Assembly: GCA_964016885.1 (NCBI GenBank)
Contig: OZ024744.1
Coordinates: forward strand, 108,500,001-108,564,000
Origin: Eledone cirrhosa
Lineage: Eukaryota
Length of the DNA stretch: 64,000 bases
Reading direction: 5' to 3'
This document shows positions 12,502 to 26,003 of the stretch, in pieces. The notes under the pieces were generated by a model. It had not been told where the DNA came from. It did not search any database and saw nothing but the letters and a program-made list of their open reading frames with translations. The translations under genes and the position numbers were made by a program. Numbering within the stretch: the first letter of the stretch is position 1; every line of letters starts with the position of its first letter.

Positions 12502-15500
12502 ATGACCTCACTCAGAATAGGCAGCATAAATGCGCGTGGCTTGGGGTCGTCATGGAAGCAGGGTCACCTGCTCAACGACCTCAGGTCACTAAACATAGAT
12601 GTAGTGGCCATCAGCGAGACCAGAATCTCCGAAGCACGGGCCTTCGCACCGATCTTCGGCGGCTACGATGTGTACGCATCTCCCAGCCGTCCTGGATCGG
12701 GTGGAGGAGTTGCTGTGCTTTTTCGGAGAGGTTTGGATCTCGCCATACGGGCCATCTTCCTGGACCCAGAGGGTAAGCTGGTGGTGCTGGACGTGACCAG
12801 CGGAGACGGGCAAGCTTTCAGGCTAGTGGCCGTCTATGCCCCGACAGGAGCAGGGCGGCCTGATTTCTTCCGGCGTCTGGAGACCTTTCTTGGAACGTCC
12901 CGCTCTTTAGTGTTAGTGGGCGACTAGAACGGGATCTTAGATGCACGCTGGGACTGTGTGGGATTAGCGGATAGGGGTGGAGGGTGCAAGAGCCTCACCA
13001 ACCTGCTCAGGCGTTTTGAACTGTCTGACAGGTACCGATTGGATTTCCCGAATGTGCCAATGTGGACTTGGACAAACCGCATAGGGTCATCCAGATCATA
13101 TCTAGATAGAGTATTTTGTAGGGAAATAGATAGGTCTAGCATAGGCTGTCCACAATTCAAGATAGTCAGCTACACGGACCACAAATTCGTGACCTGTGTG
13201 CTTGACTTAGATAGGCTTCATAGACGAGGACCCGGCTACTGGAAGCTAAACGCGTCCTTACCAGCGCGCAAGGCCTACAGAGACCGGATCAGCGAACTAG
13301 TTAAGCGGGCGTTGACGGGGGCCATCGTCAACAACATGTGGTGGTTTGCTCTGAAAAGAGCGATTAGAATAGAATCGATTAGGTTTAGTAAGGCTTTAGC
13401 AATAGAGAAAAATAGAGCAGAGGGAGAACTAGTTAGAAAATTAGACGAGGCGCTTAGCAAAGGCATTGCGACCGACGTGCTTGCGGCGAAATTGGCCCTT
13501 GACCAATTCTTCATTGCAAAGCACGAAGGCTGCGTTGTCAGAGCTAGGGTGCGTGCTCTCAGACACGAGGGGACGAAAGCCGTTCAATAGGCCCGAGTGG
13601 CGGAGGCGCGTCGTGGCAACAAAGCCACGATCCGGTCTTTGGTGGACCACGACGGGCGCATGCTACTCGATCCCGGGCAAATGTGTGAAGCTTTTCAGCG
13701 ACACTTCGCTCAGCTGTTCGGGGGCAGCGGTGGGCCGGGTAGAGGGATGGACTTTAGTGTCTACCTCGACGGACTGCCGCGGCTCTCGGCCACTGAGGCG
13801 AAGTGTTGCGAAAAGCCGATAACAGCCGCTGAAGTAAGGGAGGCAATGACTGGCTGCACAAGGGGTAAATCGCCTGGTTTGGATGGTCTGCCCTATGAAC
13901 TTTACGTACAGATGCCAGACTTGTTCGGAGGCCTCTTGGCGGACGTCTACTGCAACTGGCAACAGAACGGGAGAATTCCCAGTTCTGTGAGCCGAGGAGC
14001 GGTGGCACTGCTGAGAAAGGATCCGAACAAGGGGGATAACATAGACAATTTCCGGCCCATAACTCTGCTAAACACAGAGTTCAAGATTTTGGCCAAGGTG
14101 CTAGCAAAGAGGTTGGCGCTTGTCGTTGGTGGTCTGGTGGGAGAGGCGCAGACATGCGCCATTCCCGACAGATCCATCCACGACAACCTCCACCTCATGC
14201 GATACATCATAGAGGGGGTAGCTAAGGAACCTGGCACGGGTGGGTCCTTGATCAATTTAGATCAGTCGAAAGCTTTCGATAGGGTCGACCATCGTTACCT
14301 AGCGGCCGTCCTGAGGGCGGCTGGCTTTGGGCCCGTCTTCAGAGGCTGGATCGCTGCCATGCACAGCGACATCTGCTCTGTGGTGAGAGTGAACGGTCAC
14401 CTGTCGGAACCGTTCAACATCATGCGCTCGGTCCGCCAAGGATGTCCCCTCTCGTCCCTATTGTACGTATTGACTCTCGAGCCATTACTGCACAAACTGG
14501 AGACGTTGAGGGGAGTCCCGCGCGAACTAGGATGCGGAAGATCCGTGTCAGCATATGCGGACGATGTCACCGTAGTGGTGTCGAACGCCAAACACATCGA
14601 GGCGATCGGCACTACACTAAGAGAATACGAAGCGGTGACAGGAGCAATGATCAACCAGGAAAAGTCAGTGGGCCTGCAGCTCGGCACCTGGAGAGGCAGG
14701 TCCATGCCGTCCAACAGCGTCGTCGGGCGCTGGACGGACGGACCGGTTAAATTGCTAGGGGTCTGGTTCGGTCCGGACCTCCAGACGGACAAAAACTGGG
14801 ACGAGGTGACGAGCAGGGTGGCTTCTCTCACCCAGAAATGGGCGGAGAGGAAGCTATCCCTGAAAGGTCGAGCGGAGGTGGCTAACGCGTACATCGCGTC
14901 TGTCATCTGCTACCGCCTGACCGTCGTACCTTGTCCTAAGCCTCGCCTGACTGCGCTGGAGCGTTTGCTCTTTCGCTTTTTGTGGAAGGGACGTGCTCCG
15001 ATGGTCAGGCGGTCCATCTGTTGTCAACACCCGCTACGTGGAGGGCTGGGCATGCCGTGGCTGATGATGCGCAGGCACGCGCTCAGGCTACGACATCTCC
15101 ACCTCTTCCTCGACGGTGATCAGGTGTGGTCGCCGTTTGCTAGGCGCGTATTTCCCCAGCTCGTTTCCTTGACGGAGCTGCAGTCCTGGGTCAAGCGAAG
15201 ACCGAGAGGGAGCGCCTGGAGACTGGAATGTCTTCAGGCGCTCACAGCCCTCGACCAATCGGGCAATGTGATCGGTGGAAACTCCACCTCGGCGTTCTAT
15301 AGAGGATTAGTGGAGGGGAAGAGCGACGACGTTCTTGGGGAAACTCTAGGCGTCGACGAAAATCAACTAGCCAATCTCTTCGGAAGAACTTTCGGGCCGG
15401 GGCCTATGGACAACTTCCAGAAATCTCTGGCCTGGCAGTGCTACCGAGGAGCCTTGCCAGTTCGGGATAAACTCTACAGGCATGGAGGTGCCATCAGCCG

Positions 15501-15917
15501 GGCATGTCCGAGATGCGCGCAGGGCGACGAAACCGTCCTGCACGCACTCGTCCAGTGTCCGAAAATTGCTGACTTGTGGGTTTATGTCGAACACCTGCTG
15601 TCGCGTTTAGGACGGATCCGGCTATCATCTGAGTCCATCGTGAGGATTGCCCCGCCCTCCTCCTTTAGCCGGGAAGGGCAGGCAGTTTTTATCTGTCTGG
15701 TGGCCATGGCGAAAGAGATAGTATGGTGGACACGTTTGAAAGGGCTGAAGACGAGCACCTCTTCGGTGATGCTCTGATTGACTTTTTCAAATTTCATTTG
15801 AAAAGGAAAATCAGAGTAGAGAGGGAAGTACTCTCTTCCCAGCATTTTGTTGAAAGATGGGTGAGAGAAGCAAGAATGGCCCGAGTGAATGGGCCTACTC
15901 TGAGTATATATCTGTAA
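12502..15917 (+). pseudogene. Tx1 ORF2 (APE-RT), two TGG>TAG stops and a small deletion
   Basis: Stops at 12925 and 13588, and a 4-nt deletion near 15758 relative to copy A. Confidence 0.9.
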
Positions 15918-16179
15918 ATTAAAGGTGGAAAACTGGGAGAGGGCACTTGCTTTGGTGGTCAGGGTCATTGTGGCTTTTTACTGGGCTTTCTCCACAAATG
16001 TCCCTCCGAAGTCTCCCCCCTATTGGGGAATTTTTCATTGTTATTTTCATTGTTATTTTTGTTACATCCTCTGTTTTTGTTTTTTACACGCAGAAATGCC
16101 CATTTGTACCGTCCTGCATTGTCCTGCACTGTCCTTAATGTCTACTTTACGTGAACCCTTGTGGTTAATAAAGAAAACA

Positions 16180-16212
16180 TTATTATTATTATTATTATTA
16201 TTATCATTATTA
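16180..16212 (+). repeat. (TTA)n tail of Tx1 copy B, abutting the truncated Dong-like copy 2
   Basis: Directly visible. Confidence 0.93.
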
Positions 16213-19200
16213 CTGCCCATCACATCATGTCTCCAGCCCTTATAGTGGGTCTGGGCTAGGTGTTTACACTCGGATACAATGTGAGCCACAGTCTCCTCTC
16301 TCTCTCCACAGATCCTGCACAGTGGGCTAGCCTCCTCCTTGTAAATATGGTATTTCAACCACTTCGTTTTGAGGGCCTGCTCCTGCGCAGCCATTAACAT
16401 TCCTTCTGTAGCCTTTTTAAGGTCTCCTCTTCTCAACCAGTTCCATGTCTGTGGATCTCTAAATTCAGTTTTCTCAAAGAAGGTACTATGAAGGGATTTT
16501 TCCTGAAGGCTGCTCTTTCTCCTTGATGTTATTTCCTCCTTGGACATCCCTTGGCCTATTGTCCCCTCCTTCAGTACAATTCTGAGCATTGGCTCCTTAC
16601 TATCAGTTACGTATTTGTGTAGGTTGTTTTTCTCCATCTGAACACAGTCCGCTATGCTGATAAGACCTCTTCCACCCTCAGATCTCCTTAGGTAGAGTCT
16701 ATCGACATCACTCCTCTTGTGGAACATGTTGTAGATAGTCAATAGCTTCCTAGTCTTTCTATCCATTTCTTTTTGTTCAGCAACATTCCATCTCAGAATT
16801 CCCGCACTGTACCTAATAATAGACACAGCTCGGGAATTTACTGCGCTTATGGCATTTCTGCTGTTCAGATGTGACTTCAGTACGCTCCATACTCTCCGAA
16901 TGTATTCAGTTCTTAACAATTCCTTCATTTTTTTGTTCTTTATGCCATCAGCCTCCAGAACACCCAAATACTTGTATCCTTCCTCAGAGTCAATTTCCTT
17001 TATCATCTCACCTGTTGGTATCTGGATTCCGTTACTTCTGCTCAACCTACCCCTCCTCATCACAATGACTCCACACTTACTAATACCAAACTGCATACAT
17101 ATATCACTGCTGAAAATACGGACAGTGTCAACAAGCACATCCAACTCCTTCTCACTTTTCTCGAAGAGCTTAAGAACGTCCATGAAGAGGAGGTGATTGA
17201 TGGTAAGCCCTCCCTTTCCCAACCCGTATCCAGCTCTCACTTTTCGCAGTACACTGGTCAGGGGCATCATGGCAAGGACAAACAACAGAGGGGACAGGCT
17301 ATCTCCCTGGAAGATACCTCTCTTGATATTCACGCTTCCCAAGGATTCTCCAGTTGATGACAACTCTGTTTCCCAGGACCTCATACTCTTGCCCAGCAAC
17401 TGTCTGATGTTATCTGCCACCTTGAAGATCTCCAGGCTTTTGGTGATCCAAGAATGAGGCACCATGTCAAATGTCTTTCTCTAGTCTATCCATCCCATGG
17501 CAAGATCAGTGTGTCTCCTCCTGCAATTCCCCATTACCATCTTATCAATAAGTAGCTGGTTCTTTGTACCACGTGACTTCTTTCGGCATCCTTTTTGTTC
17601 GTCCGGTAACAAGTTGTTTGTGTGGAGGTGATGATAGATTTCCTCAGGCACAATGCTCGTCAACAGTTTCCACATTACGGACAGACATGTGATAGGTCTA
17701 TAGTTGGTAACATCATTACCCTTGATTCGGTCTTTCATTATCAGAACTGTGGTACCTTTTGTCAACCACTCTGGTACCTCACCTGACATCAAGCAGTCAT
17801 TGAACATGGTTGTCAGTTTCGGGTGGAGGGATGTTATATTTTTAATCCAATACCCCTGCACACCATCTGGGCCTGGTGATTTCCAGTTGGTTAGTTTTTT
17901 GGCCTGCCCCTTAAGAGTTTCAACTGTGATACTCAAATCAGTTTGTTGGTGTGCCTGCTCACCGATCTCCCTCTGTACTGTCTCAATCCACACTGCCTGG
18001 TCATTATGTCTAACATCCTGCTCTCATATTCCTCTCCAGAATGTTTTAGTTTGTTCCGCCTCAGGGATCAAGTCGTTGCCTTTTTCTTCTCCTCAAGCTG
18101 TCCAAACAGCATCTTCTGGTTGTTGTCGAACATGCGGTTCTGTTTATACTGACTGACTCTGTTCCCGTATCGCCTGATTTTTGCACTCTTTGCTACAATG
18201 CGTTGCTTCAGTTCCTCTATGATAATATTTAGCTTTTTCCTCCTAGTTTTGTACTTTATTTCCAGTCTATTTTTAGTGTCTATGTTTTTTAGTGTCCCAT
18301 TCAGTAGGGACTCAAGCTTTCCAATGTCATTTCTCATTTCCCTGATTTGACCACTCAGTCGTTTCTTCCACCACGGCTCTGCTCTTTCTTGTCTGTTGTT
18401 TCCTCTCGCTTTTATACCAAGTAGTTTCCTCACCGTATTTGCTGTTGCTTTGAGGATATTGTTGCACATGTGAAGGCTCCTCGCCTCAAGGTATGGGATG
18501 ACTTTGTTTACCTTAGCTGTTGTTTCTTTTAACTTTTTCCTGTCTACAAATCTCAGGTTCATAGGTCTCCCACTATCATTGTTCAATTCATCTACCACTA
18601 AATTTAGGATGTCAACCGAATCTTGTCCTAGCCCGTCAGCATTCATCTCCTCAGTGGCCGTATCTCTGTTCCAGGTATTATTTATCTCAGTATTCAGATC
18701 ATTGTCTGCTTCGGGTGGTTCCTCCGTTCTCTCGACCTCTTCACCTTCATTTCCCACTGGCTCGCTTGCCTGGCATACTCCACCCTCCATCTCCAAGCTA
18801 ATCTCTCTGCTCAGTTCCTCCAGTTCCAGCTCGCTTATCCACCCATTAGTTCTTATTACCCGAGCTTGCCCGGCCAATTTTTGTTCATCTAATTTAAATA
18901 GACCAATCTCGTTCCAGATGTTATGCATCCGTCTCCTATAGCCCCTCTCCTTGGGGTTACTTTTCAGGTAACATTGCATAACAGTTCTATTCAATTCTTT
19001 CGTCCAGTTGGTTCTGGTCCCTTTCCTTCTTCTTCTTCCTCCGTCACCAGCAGTATTTGGTTGACAGCCAGGTTCCTGCTGCTGAGCCAGGGAGCACCTG
19101 TTGGGTGAGAGTCTGTCACATGACGTTCTAGTCTCCATTTCACCGTTATTCGAACTGTTTAGGTTCGATATTTAAACACTCTTATCGAGGATTGGCGAAT

Positions 19201-19383
19201 GTATGGTTACATAACCATCTGTGGATTCACCGTCTCCGGTAGTTGCGTCGCTCCACTTGGCTCTTGTGTGGCATTATCACCACGCTGTAGACGAACACAA
19301 ATAAACAAACAAACAAACAGGCAGAAAAAACCCCCAAAATGAATAAGCATAAGTTTCATTGTAATGTAGTGTTCGAATGTCTG
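16213..19383 (-). mobile_element. R4/Dong-like element copy 2, 5'-intact but 3'-truncated (lacks the RLE catalytic region and 3' UTR), with frameshift and stops
   Basis: ORF pieces 18068-19138, 17481-17993 and 16062-17465 are colinear with copy 1. Homology stops after GWRHDVMG. Confidence 0.88.

Positions 19384-19458
<75 letters not shown>
19384..19458 (+). repeat. (TTA)n tract shared head-to-head by Dong-like copy 2 and Tx1 copy C
   Basis: Directly visible. Confidence 0.97.
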
Positions 19459-22400
19459 GGCGACCTACGTAGGAAATCGTATCATCGTGAGCTCCGCAAA
19501 GATTTGTTGTTTTCGTTTGTTTAAAATTGCCATTTATGGAAAATTTTTGTTATTAACTATTTATAAGGTCACAAAATTTGCTTTCGGAAAAGGACACTCA
19601 AAAACATTGGGGCCTTGAGCCCAAAATTTAAACTTTTATAATTATCAAACAAAGAAAATTTCTTTGAAAAAAATCATGGACGACTCACAGTCACACCTTC
19701 CTCACAAACTAACACCTCACACCGACACCACCATTGTAATTATTACTACGTTTGCCAACACTAAAAATATAAGCAGTAGCAATAATTTAAATTTGTCTCA
19801 TGCAGACATTCATTTCCCGCCATTACCAATGACTGCAGGTTTTGAAGCCGCCACCCCTATCACCACCACAGCGACAACCGAAACAAAAGAAAAAAATAAA
19901 TTATCTCGTGACATCGAAATGGATTCACCCAGAATGGACTCTTCCACACCGAACATCACTGACGTCACCACCACCACAACTGAAACTAAAAATAACAATA
20001 ACAAAAATAACGATAACAACAACAGCAACAACAACAATGAGAATAAGAAAGCCACCCAGTCTTTTGCCAGAGTAGCAAAAAAGTGCGAAGCAATCCAGGT
20101 AACTCAGGAGGAATTAGATGAAGCCAAGAGAATGGTAAAGAAAGATGGGTACAGGGTCAGTCTCCTCCCCCACACACACACACATAATAAAATGGAGCAT
20201 CGGCGCCTATGCACCGTGTCTTATCGGACGATTAACATAAAATCGCGCCGAGTGGAACGGGCATCCGAGTCCCAAATCCAAAAAGCTTTGGGACATGTGT
20301 GGGCAAAAAAAACCCACATCAGACGTGGGCAGAAATATGGAACCGTGGACGTGTTCTTTGGAACACCACAGGACGCCAGAGAACACTCCATGGTCCCATT
20401 AAGAAGCGACGACTTCATACTCGTCCCAAGCTATTGTGGCCAGAGACTCGTGAAGATCAAAGTGACCCACGTTCCACCGGCCACCGAAATTCCCTGGCTA
20501 ATGGCTGCCGTCCTAGCCGGCATCGAGGCCAGCACCAATATAATCGAAATAGCGAAAGAAAAGCAGGAGAACTGGTCAGGATCTGGGATGGAGCTCCTGA
20601 TCCAAGCGGAACAAAAAAGCATTGAGGAGATCCCAGAGGTAATAGACCTCACTGACGGTAGCCACCTCACGGTAATCGTCGAGGGCAGAAGACCTAGGTG
20701 TGTCGTTTCTGGTGAAGGAATCCACCTAAGGGCTTTCTGCCCTCAGGCGAAAAGGTTGAGGCTACCTCTCTTATCCACCCCAGTGACTCAACCATCAACA
20801 CCACCAGCATCAGAAATCGCAGCAACAGCAGAAGCAACTGTAACAGCGACAATCCCAGCAACAGTAGCAAAACCAACACCACCACCACCACCCAACGCGC
20901 CAGAACTAGCACCAGCGCCTACACCATCCACCACGCCACAACCAAAACCAACGCCTGTGGAGGATTTTCCACTCCGCGACCAATCTGGAGACAGATTGTG
21001 ACGACAAGGAGTGGGAAACGGTATCAGGAAAAAAGAAAAAAAGAAAAAGAAACCAAAAAAGAAAATATACTCTTCCTTCCCCCTCCAAAAACAAAATACA
21101 GAGCAAAACAAATAAACTATCAAACAAAAAAGTTAGGACAGCTTAACCACCATCCACACCATCACCACAAACACCAACACCATCATTAACCCCAACACCA
21201 CCATCACCAACACCACAAAAGTCACCAAAAAGCGAAACAGAAACAAACCCACAACAAACGCAAATAAAACAAAACAACCAAAACGATACACACTACACAG
21301 CATTAAATTTGAACAACAACCAATTATTATACTACATCCAACACAACACCAGCATCACAGAAAAAAACTACACAACAACCCAAAAGTTCACACTACCTCC
21401 ACACATACAAATCACTCGCTTCACATAGTAAACGTACACGACACTAAAACAAAAATTCCCCAAGGACATCGGAGACTTCCGACAAGCACTCTCCAGGAGG
21501 ATTTATAAGGACATCCTTCCGGAGGAGGCCAAAAGCAGTGAAAAGGATGGAAAACCATCCTCCCACTACGAGAAGTGAGGTAAGTGGTCTTTCCCATCTT
21601 TTCCCACTCCTTTTCAACATGACCTCACTCAGAATAGGCAGCATAAATACGCGTGGCTTGGGGTCGTCATAGAAGCAGGGCCACCTGCTCAACGACCTCA
21701 GGTCACTAAACATAGATGTAGTGGCCATCAGCGAGACCAGAATCTCCGAAGCATGGGCCTTCGCACCGATCTTCGGCGGCTACGATGTGTACGCATCTCC
21801 CAGCCGTCCTGGATCGGGGGGAGGAGTTGCTGTGCTTTTTCGGAGAGGTTTGGATCTCGCCATACGGGCCATCTTCCTGGACCCAGAAGGTAAATTGGTG
21901 GTGCTGGACGTGACCAGCGGAGACGGGCAAGCTTTCAGGTTAGTGGCCGTCTATGTTCCGACAGGAGCAGTGCGGTCTGATTTCTTCCGGCGTCTGGAGA
22001 CCTTTCTTGGAACGTCCCGCTCTTTAGTATTAGTGGGCGACTGGAACGGGATCTTAGATGTACACTGGGACTGTGTGGGGTTAGCGGATAGTGGAGGATG
22101 GTGTAAAAGCCTCGAAAACCTGCTCAGACCGTTTCAACTGTCTGACAGGTACCGTCTGGATTTCCCGAATGTGCCAATGTGGACATGGACAAACCGCATC
22201 GGGTCATCCAGATCATATCTAGATAGGGTATTTTGTAGGGAAATAGATAGGTCTAGCATAGGCTGTCCACATTTCAAAATAGTCGACTACACGGACCACA
22301 AATTCGTGATCTGTGAGGTTGACTTAGATAGGCTTCATAGACAGGCCCGCTACTGGAAGCTAAACGCGTCATTAACAGCGCGCAAGGCCTACAGAGACCG

Positions 22401-23040
22401 GATTAGCGAACTAGTTAAGCGGGCGTTAACGGGAGCCATCGTCAACAACAAATGGTGGTTTGCTCTGAAAAGAGCGATTAGAACAGAGTCCATTAGGTTT
22501 AGTAAGGCTTTAGCAATAGAGAAAAATAGAGCAGAGGGAGAACTAGTTAGAAAATTAGACGAGGCGCTTAGTAAAGGCATCGCGACCGACGTACTTGCGG
22601 CGAAATTGGCCCTTGACCAATTCTTCAATGCAAAGCACGAAGGCTGCGTTGTCAGAGCTAGGTTGCGTGCTCTCAGACACGAGGGGACGAAAGCCGTTCA
22701 ATGGGCCCGTGTGGCGGAGGCGCGTCGTGGCAACAAAGCCACGATCCGGTCTTTGGTGGACCACGACGGGCGCATGCTACTCGATCCCGGGCAAATGTGT
22801 GAAGCTTTTCAGCGACACTTCGCTCAGCTGTTCGGGGGCAGCGGCGGGCCGGATCGAGAGTTGGACTTTAGTGTGTACCTCGACGGACTGCCGTAGCTCT
22901 CGACCACTGAGGCGGAGTGTTGCGAAAAGCCGATAACAGCCGCTGAAGTACGGGAGGCAATGACTGGCTGCACAAGGGGTAAATCGCCTGGTTTGGATGG
23001 TCTGCCCTATGAACTTTACGTACAGATGCCAGACTTGTTC
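19459..23040 (+). mobile_element. Tx1-clade LINE copy C (ORF1 type I), decayed and 3'-truncated within RT
   Basis: Same 5' end as copy A. ORF1 19664-21001 plus remnants. ORF2 from ATG 21619 with stops. Homology ends at MPDLF (23040). Confidence 0.9.
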
Positions 23041-24070
23041 GCCCACTTATCCGTGAGAGGGTCGAGGTGGCAGAGTCCTCAAACACTCCTTCTAGCGGCT
23101 CCTGTCAGAAGCAAATGATCCGGCTGAACCCCTAAGAAAGACCAGCCAAACTCATAGACGATATCCAACCAACTTGTTCGGGGTATACCCTTGGGTCTCA
23201 TGTCGGTTGGTTTTGCTCGTAAAATCTGTCTAGCGATTCCTTCCTGTGACATTCTAACTACATGTGCATAGTGCACTCCCCGCTTGCATTCGCGATGGCA
23301 TTCTTTCGGTCATTACCCAAGATTCATGACCATAGGTAAGAGTTGGCACGAATACTGAATCGAAGATAGCAAATTTGGCTTTTACACCAACCCCACTTCT
23401 TCTGATTACAGAATGTTGAAGCTGGCGTATTACTGCAACTTACGACTACCTAAAGCCAAAGAAGCCCACAAAACTGGCAGGTCCAGGACAACCTACAGGA
23501 TAATGTGGGAAGCACTGGCAGATAAGGAAGTCATGACCGGGTATATAGATAATTGTTTCTACTTTAGGCACAAGACAGCAATTACCCAGTGCATTACTGG
23601 TACTTTATTTTATCGACCCCGTAAGGATGAAAGGCAAAGTCAACCTCGGCGGGATTTGAACTCAGATCGTAAAGGGACGTAACTATGCTGGAAAGCATGG
23701 CGTCCGACCCTCTACCGATACTGCCAATCCAGCGACCGGGTATATAGATAATGTTGCATCCAAATTCAGAGAACTCTCTGAGTAAACAGAGGATGTTGAG
23801 ACAGAGTAGAGATTGTTTAGCTCAGCAGTTTCTGCTTTAGGTGTTAAATGCGAGCGAAAAGGGATTTGGTACCCCTTGGTTCAATCGAGAGATCAAAGAA
23901 GCCATCCGAGTAAAGAAGGAGGCTTACAAAGCTTGGCTTGGAGATAAGTCATCCTTCTTGCACTTGCAGTACAAACAGGCATGAAGAATCGCAGCAGAGA
24001 CAGTAAAGACGTCCAAAGTTAAGACATGGGAGGACTTTGGGGTTAAGCTGGAATCTGACTTTCAGATCTC
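23041..24070 (-). mobile_element. Degenerate RTE-type LINE: 3' end on - (23041 to about 23450) joined to an inverted upstream ORF piece on + (about 23450-24070)
   Basis: Minus frame HYAHVVRMSQEGIARQIL..RPKGIPRTSWLD. Plus frame WFNREIKEAIRVKKEAYKAWL..WEDFG. A related 3' end lies at about 41028. Confidence 0.65.
23551..23733 (-). mobile_element. tRNA-derived SINE with target-site duplication
   Basis: Reverse complement of the SINE at 35446. Flanking duplicate GACCGGGTATATAGATAAT at 23535 and 23734. Confidence 0.85.
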
Positions 24071-24077
24071 CGACTTC

Positions 24078-24825
24078 ATAATAAGAAGCCCTCCTCCACA
24101 CCTGCAGTTGTTGTTTGTCCGTGTGTAGTGTGTGGTTTCTTTCCCCTGGTTCCTGTGCTTGGGAGGGGGGTGGGGGTTATTCCGGGTATTTTGTTGTTGC
24201 TCCAGATAATACGCGTAAAGTGGAAGAGACGTTGGTATTTGCGGGTGTTGGTCTGCTCAGTGTTGGAGGTTGCGGATATTGCTGAGGGTTCAGATTATGT
24301 CCGGAGTTTCCATTGGTTGTTGGTATTGCCGTACCTGCGGAGGGGGGGGGGGGGGGGGGTATTTAATTTCCTGATGAAATTGCCCAGGTAACCTGTGGTG
24401 GAATAAGATAGTCGGATCGTGTCTTTATTTAGTATTTTATGGAATTTGTGTGTAGGAGGAAAGTGTTCGTCTATAAGTTTGAAGGATAGGATAGCTTAGT
24501 AGTTACCAGATGATTGTGCGGGGGGGGGGGGGATGGGCGATTATACCATAGGTATGATTCCGTGCGGGACCTCCTCGGTGTTTTCTTATTAGCAGTATTA
24601 TTATTTGTCTCGCCACTGTGGGGTTTTGAAAATGTGCAAAGTTTGTGTGGTATGCTTGTGATGTTTTCCTAAAGGGGTGATTGGATTCCCCCCCCCCCCC
24701 GCATGGTGTATCCGGAAGAAATTTTAGTGGTTCATCAATACCGGCCTTAAGTAGAGCAGCGTTGTAGTAGTCACCGTGTGTGTTGAAAGAGGATTCAGGG
24801 GCAGACAATCTGGAGATCCATTCTG
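24078..24825 (-). mobile_element. Degenerate Penelope-like (Naiad-like) fragment, RT thumb/linker region
   Basis: Minus-strand peptides YYNAALLKAG, RTIIW and KLIDEHFPPTHKFHKILNKDTIRLSYST parallel the 699-aa ORF (YYNEALARAG, NIIWF, KRFPRTHKYHSIFNRHTIKLTYSS). Confidence 0.65.
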
Positions 24826-25110
24826 GTGCTATTTACATTTGAACTTTTCACACCCAACAGATTCAGTAATAAGCAAAAGAATCCCATTTTCTTAATTCCT
24901 TTCCACCTTACCCACTCTAGTCTACTCTTAATCTCTTCCTTATCTTTCTCTGTCCCTCTCTTTATACCTTCTCATGTGTCATGTGACAGCTCATACAACC
25001 ATCGCCAACAATTTCGATATTTTCAACTTATGTATTCTTGGTTAATGAAATCAGCTAAGTTTAATTAACTCTGAAATCATTATTCCTACTTTGGACTATG
25101 TTCTCAGAAT

Positions 25111-25400
25111 TACCAATAATTGTTTCTACTTTTGGCACAAGGCCAGCAATTATCTCAGTGTATTACTGGTACTTTATTTTATCGACCCTGTAAGAATGAA
25201 AGGCAAAGTTACCAATAATTGTTTCTACTTTTTGGCACAAGGCCAGCAATTATCCCAGTGTATTACTGGTACTTTATTTTATCGACTCCGTAAGGATGAA
25301 AGGCAAAGTTAACCTCGGCGGGATTTGAACTCAGAATGGCAAGGGCCGTAACTCTATGCGTCAAAGCATGGCGTCCGACACTCTACCGATACTGCCAATA
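25111..25400 (-). mobile_element. tRNA-derived SINE (same family as 23551 and 35446) with a ~99-bp tandem duplication of its 3' part
   Basis: TACCAATAATTGTTTCTACTTT...AGGCAAAGT occurs twice in tandem. Confidence 0.8.
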
Positions 25401-25445
25401 GCCTAAATATCTCATATCTTTCTTTCTCTCCCCCACTCTCTCTCA

Positions 25446-25527
<82 letters not shown>

Positions 25528-25882
25528 ATGTGTGTGTGTGTATATATATATGTGTATATATATGTTATGTGTTTGTGTATATATATATGTGTATATATGT
25601 GTGCGTGCGTGCGTGTGTGTGCGTGCGTGCGTGTGCGTGCGTGTGTGTGTGTATGTATATAGTATGTATAGATCCTTTTGTTTCACGTGCATGTTATATT
25701 CTGTATGCTGTGGCAGAAGGGAGAGGCAAGGGGTGGAGACCGGATATTGTAATCTAAGTAACTTGCCTCATGACGAAAGTCAACATAGGAAATCAACAGA
25801 GCTTTGTCTCGTGATAGGCTCCTTTGTCTGCCGCATCGATGACACCCACTAGCCTCACTATTTACTCGCAGTGCTTTCATAG

Positions 25883-25913
<31 letters not shown>

Positions 25914-26003
25914 TCATGTCTATGTGCGTATGTATATGTGTGTGTGTGTATATATACATATATATATATATAGATATATAGATATATATAGAGAGAGATA
26001 TAT

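Larger units (their letters stand above)
10184..16179 (+). mobile_element. Full-length Tx1-clade LINE, copy B (divergent ORF1 type II, ORF2 nearly identical to copy A)
   Basis: Different 5' UTR and ORF1 sequence. From about 12463 it is colinear and nearly identical with copy A. Ends in AATAAA + (TTA)n. Confidence 0.92.

Noticed and set aside
1-23040. Telomeric retrotransposon array (HeT-A/TART-like)
   Set aside because: The elements are in both orientations, the junctions are TTA rather than telomeric repeats, and nothing indicates a chromosome end.
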